64,000 bases of DNA from Planctomycetota bacterium (GTDB lineage Bacteria > Planctomycetota > UBA1135 > UBA2386): the NCBI GenBank assembly GCA_965223545.1, contig OZ245006.1, forward strand, positions 5,024,001-5,088,000, in the 5' to 3' direction. Each line of letters starts with the position of its first letter. Position 1 is the first letter of the stretch. Shown here piece by piece: positions 48,567-57,286 of the stretch. A program made the translations under genes and the position numbers. The notes beneath the pieces were generated by a model. That model did no database searches and was not told the origin of the DNA. It saw nothing but the letters and a program-made list of their open reading frames with translations.

Positions 48567-50743
48567 AAGCGCGCGGCCAACCCACTGTGGCGCGTCGATT
48601 CCTCGGCGTTGTCGACCGCCATCTGCACCGCCCGCGGTGCCGCGACCAGCACCACCAGCTGCTTGCCGCGGGTGATGGCGGTGTAGAGCAAGCTGCGCCG
48701 CAGCATGAGGTAGTGGTCGGTGACCACGGGGATCACGACCGCCGGGTACTCGCTGCCCTGCGAGCGATGCACGGTGATGGCGTAGGCCGGGACCAGCGCA
48801 TCGAGATCGGCGAACGCGTAGTCGAGCTCGCGCTCGCCGAACCGAACGCGCACGCGACGGCTCTCGGGGTCGAGGTGCACGATCCTGCCGGTGTCGCCGT
48901 TGAAGACGTCGAGGTCGTAGTCGTTGCGCACTTGCAGGACCTTGTCGCCGAGGCGGAACCGGCGGCCGCCCTGTGAAAGCTCGGGCCGGTCGGGGTTGAG
49001 CGCGTCCTGCAGCTCCTCGTTGAGCGCGTCCGCGCCGGCATCGCCGCGGTACATCGGGCAGAGCACCTGCACGTCCTGCACGGGGTCGAGACCGAACGCC
49101 CGCGGTGCGCGGCGCGTGACGATCTCCCGCACCAGCTGCCGCGCGTGCGCGCTGCTCTTGGCCTCGACGACGAAGAAGTCGGAGCTCGAGCCGTCCGCGG
49201 CCGGGCATTCGCCGCGCAGCAGACCGTGCGCGGTCTGCACGATGCGCGAGTCCTGCTTCTGGCGGAAGATCTCGGTCAGCGCGGTGACCGGCACCGCGGC
49301 CGAAGCGATCACGTCCGCCAGCACGTTGCCGGCGCCCACCGCGGGCAGCTGGTTCTGGTCGCCGACCAGCACCACGTGCACGCCCGGCGGAACCGCGCGC
49401 AGCAGGTTGTAGGCCAGGCTCACGTCGAGCATCGACACTTCGTCGAGGACCAAGACGTCCCCTTCGAGCGGCGTGTCCTCGTCGCGCGTGAAGCGGTGCA
49501 CGCCGGGCTGGAACTCCAGCAGCCGATGGATCGTGCTGGCCGGGTGGCCGGTGGCTTCCTCGAGCCGTTTGGCGGCCCGGCCGGTGGGGGCGGCGAGCAG
49601 AATGCGCAGCTCGTGGCGCACGCACAGCGCGTGGATCGCGCGGATCACCGTGGTCTTGCCGACGCCCGGCCCACCGGTGATCACGCTCACCGGGTGCGCG
49701 AATGCGTGCCGCACGGCCTGCCGCTGCGCGTCGGGCAGAGCCAGGCTGTCGGTCTCGGCAAACCACGCCAGCGCCTGGTCGAGGTCGAAGCGCGGCGCCG
49801 CGCGCGTCGCGAGCAACGCACGCAGCGCCCGCGCCACGCCCGCCTCGGCTTGGTACAGGGCACGCGGGTAGATCGCGCGGTCGCCCTGCGCGCCGGCACG
49901 CACCAGCACGACCTTGTTCTCCGCTGCGAGCGCCGACACTTGGGCGGCGACGGCCTCCGGCTCACAGCGCAGCAGCGCCGCGGCCCGCTCGCACAGGGCC
50001 GGCTCCGGCAAGAAGCAGTGGCCCTCGCGCATCGCGGCCTGCCCGAGCGCGTGCAGCGCGCCGGCTTGGATCCGCTCGGGCGCGTCGGCGGCGATCCCCA
50101 GCTTCATCGCCAGCTGGTCGGCGGTGCCGAAGCCGATGCCGATGACTTCGTCGGCGAGCCGATACGGGTTGGCTTGAATCAGCGCCGAGGCGCCCCGCCC
50201 GTAGCGCTGCACGATGCGCACGGCGAGACCCTGCCCCAGCCCGTGCGTGCGCAAGAACACCATGACGTGCTGGACGTCGCGCTGATCCCGGATCGCGCCG
50301 ACCAGCTCGTCGATGCGCTTGTGCCCCAGCCCCTTGATCTCCCGCAGCCGCTGCGGCTCCTCTTCGATCACCCGCAGCGCATCCGCGCCGAACCGATCGG
50401 TGATGCGCTCGGCCATGGCCGGCCCGACCCCCTTCACCAGGCTGGACGCCAGGTACGCCCGGATGCCCTCCACCGAGGAAGGCACCACGCTCTCGGCCGC
50501 CTCCACCTCGATCTGCGCCCCGAAACGAGGGTGCTCGACCCGCTTGCCGAACACTCTAACCCTCTGCCCTTCAGCAAGTTGTGCGAGGGTCCCTACGGCG
50601 CTCACGGCGTTGCCCCGGTCCGGCTCGAGCCGCACGACCGCGAACCCCGTATCGGTATTGCGAAAATAGAACCGCTTGATCGTGCCGATGAGCTCGATGC
50701 GATCGGAGCTGCGGTCCGGGGCTTTCTGGGGCTTTTGTGTCAA
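48548..50743 (-). CDS. recD2: ATP-dependent RecD-like DNA helicase (RecD2)
   Basis: HhH VKGVGP, NPYRL, TGGPGVGKTT, APTGRAAK, DEVSM, GDQNQL, AITVHRSQGSE, LLYTAITR. Confidence 0.95.
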   Translation of the reverse strand: MTQKPQKAPDRSSDRIELIGTIKRFYFRNTDTGFAVVRLEPDRGNAVSAVGTLAQLAEGQRVRVFGKRVEHPRFGAQIEVEAAESVVPSSVEGIRAYLASSLVKGVGPAMAERITDRFGADALRVIEEEPQRLREIKGLGHKRIDELVGAIRDQRDVQHVMVFLRTHGLGQGLAVRIVQRYGRGASALIQANPYRLADEVIGIGFGTADQLAMKLGIAADAPERIQAGALHALGQAAMREGHCFLPEPALCERAAALLRCEPEAVAAQVSALAAENKVVLVRAGAQGDRAIYPRALYQAEAGVARALRALLATRAAPRFDLDQALAWFAETDSLALPDAQRQAVRHAFAHPVSVITGGPGVGKTTVIRAIHALCVRHELRILLAAPTGRAAKRLEEATGHPASTIHRLLEFQPGVHRFTRDEDTPLEGDVLVLDEVSMLDVSLAYNLLRAVPPGVHVVLVGDQNQLPAVGAGNVLADVIASAAVPVTALTEIFRQKQDSRIVQTAHGLLRGECPAADGSSSDFFVVEAKSSAHARQLVREIVTRRAPRAFGLDPVQDVQVLCPMYRGDAGADALNEELQDALNPDRPELSQGGRRFRLGDKVLQVRNDYDLDVFNGDTGRIVHLDPESRRVRVRFGERELDYAFADLDALVPAYAITVHRSQGSEYPAVVIPVVTDHYLMLRRSLLYTAITRGKQLVVLVAAPRAVQMAVDNAEESTRHSGLAARLRENRA

Positions 50744-50905
50744 CGGCCGTTGCTCACCGGTCGATGAAGGCTATCCTTTCGCCCCCTTCACTGGGCCCCT
50801 TCGCGGGGGCGGGGGGCTGAGTGATGCGCCGCGTCGCGGATGAAGCGCGTCATCGTCTCCGCTCCAAGGCCCGAAACCAAGCTGTACGAAGCACACAAGC
50901 TCCAC

Positions 50906-51319
50906 ATGATTCGTGTCCAGGTCCGCCCGAACGAGACTCTCGAAACCGCGCTGAGACGCTTCAAGCGACAGTGCAATTATGCGGGCATCTTTCGCCTGGC
51001 CAAGAAGTACAGCAACCACGAAAAGCGCAGCGACCAGCGCCGTCGCGAGGAGCGCGAGCGGATCAAGGCGATCCAGCGCGCGGCCCGCAAGGCTCAGGGC
51101 CCCAAGCGCTCGCGGCCGATGCGTCGCTCCAAGGTGCGCGCCGGCGAGAGTGGTGAGACCAGCGAGGCCAGCGAGTCGACGGCGACCAGCCAGACCGCGA
51201 CCAACAGCCCCGCCGCGGAGGCACCGGCGCAGCCGGCGACCGCCGAGGCCGTGCGCGGCGCGCTGACCGGCCAGCCGAGTGTGCCGGCCAAGACCGACGG
51301 CGCCGAAGTGCAGGCGTGA
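50906..51319 (+). CDS. rpsU: 30S ribosomal protein S21 with long C-terminal extension
   Basis: MIRVQVRPNETLETALRRFKRQC...HEKRSDQRRR matches the bS21 pattern. Confidence 0.88.
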   Translation: MIRVQVRPNETLETALRRFKRQCNYAGIFRLAKKYSNHEKRSDQRRREERERIKAIQRAARKAQGPKRSRPMRRSKVRAGESGETSEASESTATSQTATNSPAAEAPAQPATAEAVRGALTGQPSVPAKTDGAEVQA

Positions 51320-51341
51320 TTCCGACGCCGGGCCGCTGGCC

Positions 51342-52361
51342 ATGCTGCCGCGTTTCCCTGGCAAGCCGCCGCGTGACCTGAGCCGCCCCCTCGAGCAGCT
51401 CGAGATCCTGATCCCACCGGAGCGCGACGGCGAACGCCTCGACGTCGCGCTGGCGAGCGTCTTGCCGTGGCGTTCGCGCGCCAGTGTGCGCCGGCTGATC
51501 GAGGGAGGATACGTGCGCCTCGACCGCGCCGGCGCCCGTCCTTCGCGCCGGGTCCAGAGTGGCGACGTCGTCGTCGTGCGCATCCCCCGCCCGATCGACC
51601 CGGGGCCGGCGATGCCGGCAGTGGACGCGGTGCCGGTGATCTACCGCGACCGTTGGATGGTCGCCGTGGACAAGCCGGCGGGGATGGCGGTGCACCCGGC
51701 GGGCCGCACCGTCGATGGCACCTTGATCCACTTCCTGCACCGGCAGTACCACCGCGAGGCCGCGGGTGATGGCGAAGTCGCTGTGGTGCCGCGGCTGATG
51801 CACCGGATCGACCGGGAGACCTCGGGAGTCGTCGTGGTCGGTCTCGACGAGCAGTTCCACAGCGCAGTCGCGCGGCAGTTCGAGGATCGCGAGGTCGAGA
51901 AGGAGTATCTGGCGGTGGTGCACGGGCAGCCGACGCCGGCGCAGGGGACGATCGACTTCGGCATCGGACCCGCGGCGCGTTCGGCGGTCCGCCTCAAGCT
52001 CGAGGCGCGGCGCGACGGCACCGGCCTTCCGTCGCTGACGCACTATCGCGTGCTGCGCAGCACCGGCCGCTTCAGCTTGGTCGAGCTGCGGCCGAAGACC
52101 GGTCGCACTCATCAGCTGCGGGTGCACATGGCGGCGATCGGCAACCCGCTGGTGGGCGACAAGATTTACGGTGAGGACGAACAGCTGTTCCTCGCGCACC
52201 TCGAGGGGCGCTTGGCCGCCGAGGACCGCGAGCGGCTGATCCTCGACCGGCACGCGCTGCACGCCCACCGCCTGCGGCTGTACCACCCCTTCGCGGAGCG
52301 GTCGCTCACGCTCGAGGCGGCCCTGCCCGTCGAGCTCGCCCAGCTCGTCTCGCTTCAGTGA
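51342..52361 (+). CDS. RluA/RluD-family pseudouridine synthase
   Basis: S4 domain RLDVAL, DKPAGMAVHP, HRIDRETSG, TGRTHQLRVH, GDKIYG. Confidence 0.95.
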   Translation: MLPRFPGKPPRDLSRPLEQLEILIPPERDGERLDVALASVLPWRSRASVRRLIEGGYVRLDRAGARPSRRVQSGDVVVVRIPRPIDPGPAMPAVDAVPVIYRDRWMVAVDKPAGMAVHPAGRTVDGTLIHFLHRQYHREAAGDGEVAVVPRLMHRIDRETSGVVVVGLDEQFHSAVARQFEDREVEKEYLAVVHGQPTPAQGTIDFGIGPAARSAVRLKLEARRDGTGLPSLTHYRVLRSTGRFSLVELRPKTGRTHQLRVHMAAIGNPLVGDKIYGEDEQLFLAHLEGRLAAEDRERLILDRHALHAHRLRLYHPFAERSLTLEAALPVELAQLVSLQ

Positions 52362-52582
52362 GCGGATGCGTCGTGTCGGCCCAGGTCGCGGCTCGACGAG
52401 AAGTACGGCGTCACCAGACGGTAGCGATCCGTCCTCCACATCGGGTCGACGCTGCAAACCTCTTCCGTCGGGGGGGTCCCGTCGGTTGCACTCGCCGCGG
52501 GCGGAGGCGCGGCGGGGCGTGGTTGGAGGTGCTCGGCGAGGGCGACGAGCACCCGGTCCTCCGTGTTCTTTGCGTTGGGCAT
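52355..52582 (-). CDS. Hypothetical small protein
   Basis: 75-aa ORF with ggag RBS upstream of the ATG. Confidence 0.5.
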   Translation of the reverse strand: MPNAKNTEDRVLVALAEHLQPRPAAPPPAASATDGTPPTEEVCSVDPMWRTDRYRLVTPYFSSSRDLGRHDASAH

Positions 52583-52685
52583 GGCAAGGCTCCTGAGGAC
52601 GAACTCCGCATAGGCTAGGTGAGTGCGGCCGCGGGAGTCAAGAGGTTGGTGGGGGTGAGACCCCCGTCCCGACGGGCGTTTGCGG

Positions 52686-54386
52686 TCAAGAGCACGTGGT
52701 GCCGATGAGGATCGGTACGATCGAGAGGAAGCCGTAGAGCGCCAGGATCGCCCAGCGCTCGCGGCGGAGATCGGTGGCTGGCGCGGCCTGTCGCGGGGTG
52801 CGCGCCGGCGGGCCGTCGCCCGAATCGGCGGGTTCGGCGGGTTCGGCGGGCTCGGTGGTGGTGCCGGAGTCGGCTGGCGTCCGCGCTACGGGTGCCGTGG
52901 TCTCGGTCACCGGGCGGCGGAGGCATCGCTGCAGGCCGAACGCCCCCGCCGCCAGTGCGATCACCGCCCCGACGGAGGAGTCCGCGACCGTGGCGAAGCC
53001 GCCTCCGATCAGGCCGAAGATCGCAGCGAAGCCGAACAGGGCATTGCTCTCGATTGGGGGCGCGTTGCCCTCGTCGGTGAACGGCAGGGCTCGCAGTCCG
53101 CGGGCCGCGAGCGCGGCGGCGACCGCACCGCTGCCGAGCGAGAACAGCGCGAGGTTGGCCGCGGTGAGCGGCGCGATGCCGGCGGCGGCCATCGCCACGA
53201 CGCCGATCGCGTGCAGCGGCAGCAGCACCCGGGTGACCAGCACGACGGTGGTCGCTTGCCGCGCCAGGCCGAGACACTCGCCGGGGGGGCTCGTGGCAAA
53301 CACCCACCGTCCGCGCTCCTGGTCGGCATGCGCCAAGAACGCCACCAGCAGCGGTGAATAGATCGCCGGAAACTGCATCGCGATGCCGATCAGGATCAGC
53401 TGGCCGCGGGCCTCGGCGCCGGCCAGCGACAGGCCGATCATCGCGGCGGGCAAGCCGAACAACGGCAGCACCTTGGCCCGGAAGCTGGCGCTGCGGTACA
53501 GCATCGTGGCGGTGAAGGCGGTCACGCCGAGCAGAGGGCCTTCGCCGACCAGCCAGCGCTCGAGTCGATGCAGGCCGTTCCATCGCCGGCTGCGCCCCGC
53601 GCGCCGGCGTCGGGTCGGTCGCTGGAGGAAGATGGAAAGCAGGTAGAGCACAGCGCCGCAGCCGGCCAGCCGCAGCGTGTTGAGCGCCGGGTCATGCCCC
53701 GCGAGGAGGCGACCCGCCCAATACGGCGGCCATAGGTCGGCGGCGGCGCGGCCGCCGGGGATGTCGTCGGCGGTGCCGCCGAGGTGGCGCAGGCACAGCG
53801 CGAATCCGACGAAGCCCAACGCCAGGAGCACGGCCTTCAGCGTGCCGCCGAGCAGCGCCGCCTGGCCGGCGCCGAGCCAGCGCGCGGCCGCGGCTTGCAG
53901 GCATGACAGCGCGCCGGCGGCGATCGCGGCGAGCGCGCACGCGAGCGCCAGATAGCCGCCCACCGCCAGCAGGCTTCCGTCTGCCACCCAGAACATCAGG
54001 ATGGCCGGGGCCAGCGAGATGCCGATTGCGATGCCGAACAGGGTGAAGCTGGCGTGCGCGGCGCGCGCCAGGGCGATCGCGTAAGGGCTCAGTGGGGCCG
54101 TGCGCAACAGTGCGTGGTCGGCGCGTTCGCGCTGCAGGCGGTCGGTGTCGCCGAGGACCGACAGGCCCATCAGCAGCGTCGAAAGGCTGAGGTTGGCGGT
54201 GGCGTACGCGACCAGCGCGTGCTCGCCGTGCTCGTCGAACAACAGCCCCGCCATTGCCAGTCCGAGAAACGACTGGCCGAAGATGGTCGTCGTCAGGCTA
54301 CTGCCGGGGCTGCCCGTGCGGCGGCTGTCGCCGAAGAAGTCGAGCAGCAGCCAGGTGTGGACCAGGGCTTTGACCTGTCGCATCAC
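52686..54386 (-). CDS. Polytopic membrane protein (ABC-2 permease-like)
   Basis: Many TM helices in two halves; start overlaps the FIST gene stop. Confidence 0.7.
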   Translation of the reverse strand: MMRQVKALVHTWLLLDFFGDSRRTGSPGSSLTTTIFGQSFLGLAMAGLLFDEHGEHALVAYATANLSLSTLLMGLSVLGDTDRLQRERADHALLRTAPLSPYAIALARAAHASFTLFGIAIGISLAPAILMFWVADGSLLAVGGYLALACALAAIAAGALSCLQAAAARWLGAGQAALLGGTLKAVLLALGFVGFALCLRHLGGTADDIPGGRAAADLWPPYWAGRLLAGHDPALNTLRLAGCGAVLYLLSIFLQRPTRRRRAGRSRRWNGLHRLERWLVGEGPLLGVTAFTATMLYRSASFRAKVLPLFGLPAAMIGLSLAGAEARGQLILIGIAMQFPAIYSPLLVAFLAHADQERGRWVFATSPPGECLGLARQATTVVLVTRVLLPLHAIGVVAMAAAGIAPLTAANLALFSLGSGAVAAALAARGLRALPFTDEGNAPPIESNALFGFAAIFGLIGGGFATVADSSVGAVIALAAGAFGLQRCLRRPVTETTAPVARTPADSGTTTEPAEPAEPADSGDGPPARTPRQAAPATDLRRERWAILALYGFLSIVPILIGTTCS

Positions 54387-55555
54387 TGCGCGGGCGAGAA
54401 CAACGCGAACGAGGAGGTGTAGCCGTGCAGGTGTGTCGTGCCGCCGACCGGGCCGATCTCACCGTTGCAGAAGAACCCGCCCAGCGGTGTGCCGGCGAAA
54501 CGGGAGTGAAACACGCGCGAGTCGTGGTCCGCGTCGCCGTAGAACTTCTGCCCGCGTCCGGTGCACGAGAACATCAGCGCGCCGGCCGGGCTGGTGCGCG
54601 CTTCGGCCAGCACCTGCTCCAGGTCGCTGTGGCTGGCGTCGGCGTCCCGCAAGTGGAACTGCACGGCCTTGCCGGTGCCGAGTTCGCCGGCGACGCGCAG
54701 GCGGCGCGAACGCTCGTCGTAATCGGTGATGAAGCGGAGCAGGTAGTCGCCGGCTGCGGGCGGCGACGCGGCAAACGGATCCATCGCGATGCCGAGAAAC
54801 AGCGGCGCGCTGCGCGCGAGCTCGAGATCGCGGGCGCCCAAGCCGTCGAGTTGGGCGTGCAAGAACTTGCCGGCCGGCACGCGGTCGATCTCGATCAGCT
54901 CGTGGCCCTCGCAGCGGGTGATCCGGCCGACCTTGCCGAACGGCTTGCAGCCCTGCGCGACGCGCGCCTCGACAACTGCCGCGCCGCGCACCGCCAGGAC
55001 GGCGGCGCCGGCGCGGGCCACGCGACGGTCGATGGCCAGGGCGTGGCCGCCCGCCACTCGGCTGCCGCTCGCCAACCCGCCGATCACCGGCGCCTCGGGG
55101 TAGGCGAAGTCCAGCCCCGCCAGCAGCTGGGGCACCGCAATGCTGAACGGGTCGGCGAGCACGACGAGTGCTCGGGTGTCGTCGCGCGGACTGCCGACGC
55201 GGTCGGCCCAGCTGTCGGGCGGGGCATCGGGACTGGGCAGGTCGGCGTGTTCGACGTGGGCGGTGTGCAGGGTGCACCGAGGCAGTGACGCCAAGGTCAG
55301 GCTCACGGCCCGCTCGGTCTCCACCTCTCGCCCTCCGCCGACGACCCCAGCGCCGCTGCAGCCGATGACGCGGGCCGCCCCGGTGTGCTCGGCGATCAGG
55401 ACACCGGCGGCTTCGAGGTTTTGGTAGCTCGCGGAGAAGAAGGCGAAGCAGACGTCGGTGCTGACCCCCTGCATCCCGGCCCGCGCGTCCGCGGCGGCGG
55501 CGGCGCAGGCTTCGTCGAGCTCTGTCGCCGTGCTGATCGCCGAGCTGAAGCGCAT
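54383..55555 (-). CDS. FIST N/C domain sensory protein
   Basis: IGCSGAGVVG, ADPFS, GGLASG, VAQGC, QFHLRD, FSCTGRG, GFFCNGEIGP, HGYT. Confidence 0.93.
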   Translation of the reverse strand: MRFSSAISTATELDEACAAAAADARAGMQGVSTDVCFAFFSASYQNLEAAGVLIAEHTGAARVIGCSGAGVVGGGREVETERAVSLTLASLPRCTLHTAHVEHADLPSPDAPPDSWADRVGSPRDDTRALVVLADPFSIAVPQLLAGLDFAYPEAPVIGGLASGSRVAGGHALAIDRRVARAGAAVLAVRGAAVVEARVAQGCKPFGKVGRITRCEGHELIEIDRVPAGKFLHAQLDGLGARDLELARSAPLFLGIAMDPFAASPPAAGDYLLRFITDYDERSRRLRVAGELGTGKAVQFHLRDADASHSDLEQVLAEARTSPAGALMFSCTGRGQKFYGDADHDSRVFHSRFAGTPLGGFFCNGEIGPVGGTTHLHGYTSSFALFSPAQ

Positions 55556-55699
55556 GGCCGCGGCACGATACCGAGTTGGGGTCCCCGTTGCGATTGCCGC
55601 CGCGCTTCTGAACACTGACATTCGAGCGCGTTCGCGAAACTCCGCCGGCTTCCGGCCGTTGACCGCGTCCTTCTGTTGACCATGGACGGGAGTGTTGGC

Positions 55700-56329
55700 A
55701 TGTCCCGATTGCTTGGCCTGGCCGGGGTGGTGACCCTGGCGGTGACCCTGTTTCGTCTCTTCGCGGAGCTCAACGGCTGGAGTGCGCTCTGGGCGTCGAG
55801 CGAGGGCGGCGGGCCCGGTGCGCTGATCGGCATCGTCTGGCTCATCTTCGTGTTCGGGGCAGTCTTCGGAGCGCGCCTGGCCCGACAGGGGCGCGCGCCA
55901 GAACGTCCCGGTCGCGCCGCCGGCATCGTGGCCGCGATCAGCGTCGGCGCCGTGGCGCTGGGCGTGGTGTCGTTGGGGGCGCTCGGTGGCCCCGAGCAGG
56001 CGTTCCCGCAGGTGTTGCCCATCAACTTCGCGATCTACGTGGTCGCCGCGGTTCTCGTTGCGCGGGTCTGGCCCGCGCTGGCCCGCGTCAATGCGATCTA
56101 CGGCGTGATCGCGCGCGTACCGGTGGTGGTCCTCACCGTGATCGCGGTCTCCCAGAACTGGGGCACGCACTACGAGAAGCTCGGTGGCGGCGATGGCGTG
56201 GTGATGGAGCCGGTCGCACGGACGGCGTGGCTCTGTGCGGCGCAGCTCTTCGTTTGGATTCCGTTCACCATCAACTTCGGTGGACTCGCCGGGTGCGTCG
56301 CGGCGTGGTGGGTGTCGCGTCGGCGGTGA
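55700..56329 (+). CDS. Hypothetical membrane protein
   Basis: About 6 hydrophobic segments; WGTHYE motif. Confidence 0.75.
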   Translation: MSRLLGLAGVVTLAVTLFRLFAELNGWSALWASSEGGGPGALIGIVWLIFVFGAVFGARLARQGRAPERPGRAAGIVAAISVGAVALGVVSLGALGGPEQAFPQVLPINFAIYVVAAVLVARVWPALARVNAIYGVIARVPVVVLTVIAVSQNWGTHYEKLGGGDGVVMEPVARTAWLCAAQLFVWIPFTINFGGLAGCVAAWWVSRRR

Positions 56330-56395
56330 GCTCCGCGGTGCGCGGGGCCACCCGGGCTTGGCCCACCTGACGCCAACGGCTACGGTCCGCCCGCC

Positions 56396-57172
56396 GTGGA
56401 TGTTCTGTTGGTCAGTGGGCGCACCTCGGGCGGGCCGTCGGCCTGTCAGCGGCGCGCGGCGCGGTTGGCGACTGCCTTGGTCGGCGCGGGGCACGCAGTG
56501 CGTTGGTTGCGTCCGGTGGGCTCGAACGGTTCCGTCGAGCGTGCCGACGACCTTGCCGAGACGGTGGAGGTGCTCGACGTGCCCACCCGCATGCCGCCGT
56601 TCGCCGCGGTGCAAGCGCGCGTGTCGGATCCGGCCACCGAGCGGGAGTTCGGCCGTGCCGTCCGCGCCCGGCTGCCCGACGTGGCGCACGTCCTCGCGCT
56701 CGGCGCGGGCAGCTCGGCGTTGCTGCCATGGATCGCCGAACGGCTCGGCGTGCCGTGCCTCGCCAGCGTCGACGTCGCCAGCCTGTTGTGCCACCGGGGA
56801 ACACTGGTCGACGAGACCGGCGCCGCCTGCGCCGCGTGGCGCGACCCCGCGCGGTGCGCCGAGTGTTGCACGACGCCCTGGGAGAACGGTCTCGACCCGA
56901 CGGCAGCGCGGCGCGCCCGCTCGTGGCCTTGGACCTGGTCGCGGTTTGCGGCGTGGTCGCCCTACCCCAAGCCCTACGACTTCATCAATCGCCTCGACGT
57001 CGCGATCGGCGGCTGCCAGTCCGCACTCCTATCGCTGGTCGCGACCGAAGCCGAGGCCGACCGACTCACGGCAGCTGGTGTCGATCGCCGGCGGATCGAG
57101 GTCGTCGCCGGCCTGGACGACGTCACCCACGTCCTCCCGCACTACCACCGCATCGCGAAGGCGACCGTCTAG
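56396..57172 (+). CDS. Glycosyltransferase family 4 N-terminal-domain-only protein
   Basis: LATALVGAGHAV, PDVAHV, LLCHRGTL...C...CAECC; no EX7E C-terminal domain. Confidence 0.65.
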   Translation: MDVLLVSGRTSGGPSACQRRAARLATALVGAGHAVRWLRPVGSNGSVERADDLAETVEVLDVPTRMPPFAAVQARVSDPATEREFGRAVRARLPDVAHVLALGAGSSALLPWIAERLGVPCLASVDVASLLCHRGTLVDETGAACAAWRDPARCAECCTTPWENGLDPTAARRARSWPWTWSRFAAWSPYPKPYDFINRLDVAIGGCQSALLSLVATEAEADRLTAAGVDRRRIEVVAGLDDVTHVLPHYHRIAKATV

Positions 57173-57276
57173 CACGTACGGAGCCAGGCTCGCAATCATC
57201 ACTTCGCGGTGCCTCGCCGGCCGATGGCCGGCGAGGCACCGCGAAGTGATGATTGCGAGCCTGGCTCCGTACGTGC
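57172..57276. repeat. REPIN-like perfect palindrome (51-bp arms, 3-nt loop)
   Basis: gcacgtacggagccaggctcgcaatcatcacttcgcggtgcctcgccggcc-gat-exact reverse complement. Confidence 0.95.
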
Positions 57277-57286
57277 ATTCTGCGTC

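Noticed and set aside
50794..50812. UUCG-capped hairpin upstream of rpsU as a leader or riboswitch
   Set aside because: A single GC-rich hairpin with no further supporting motif.
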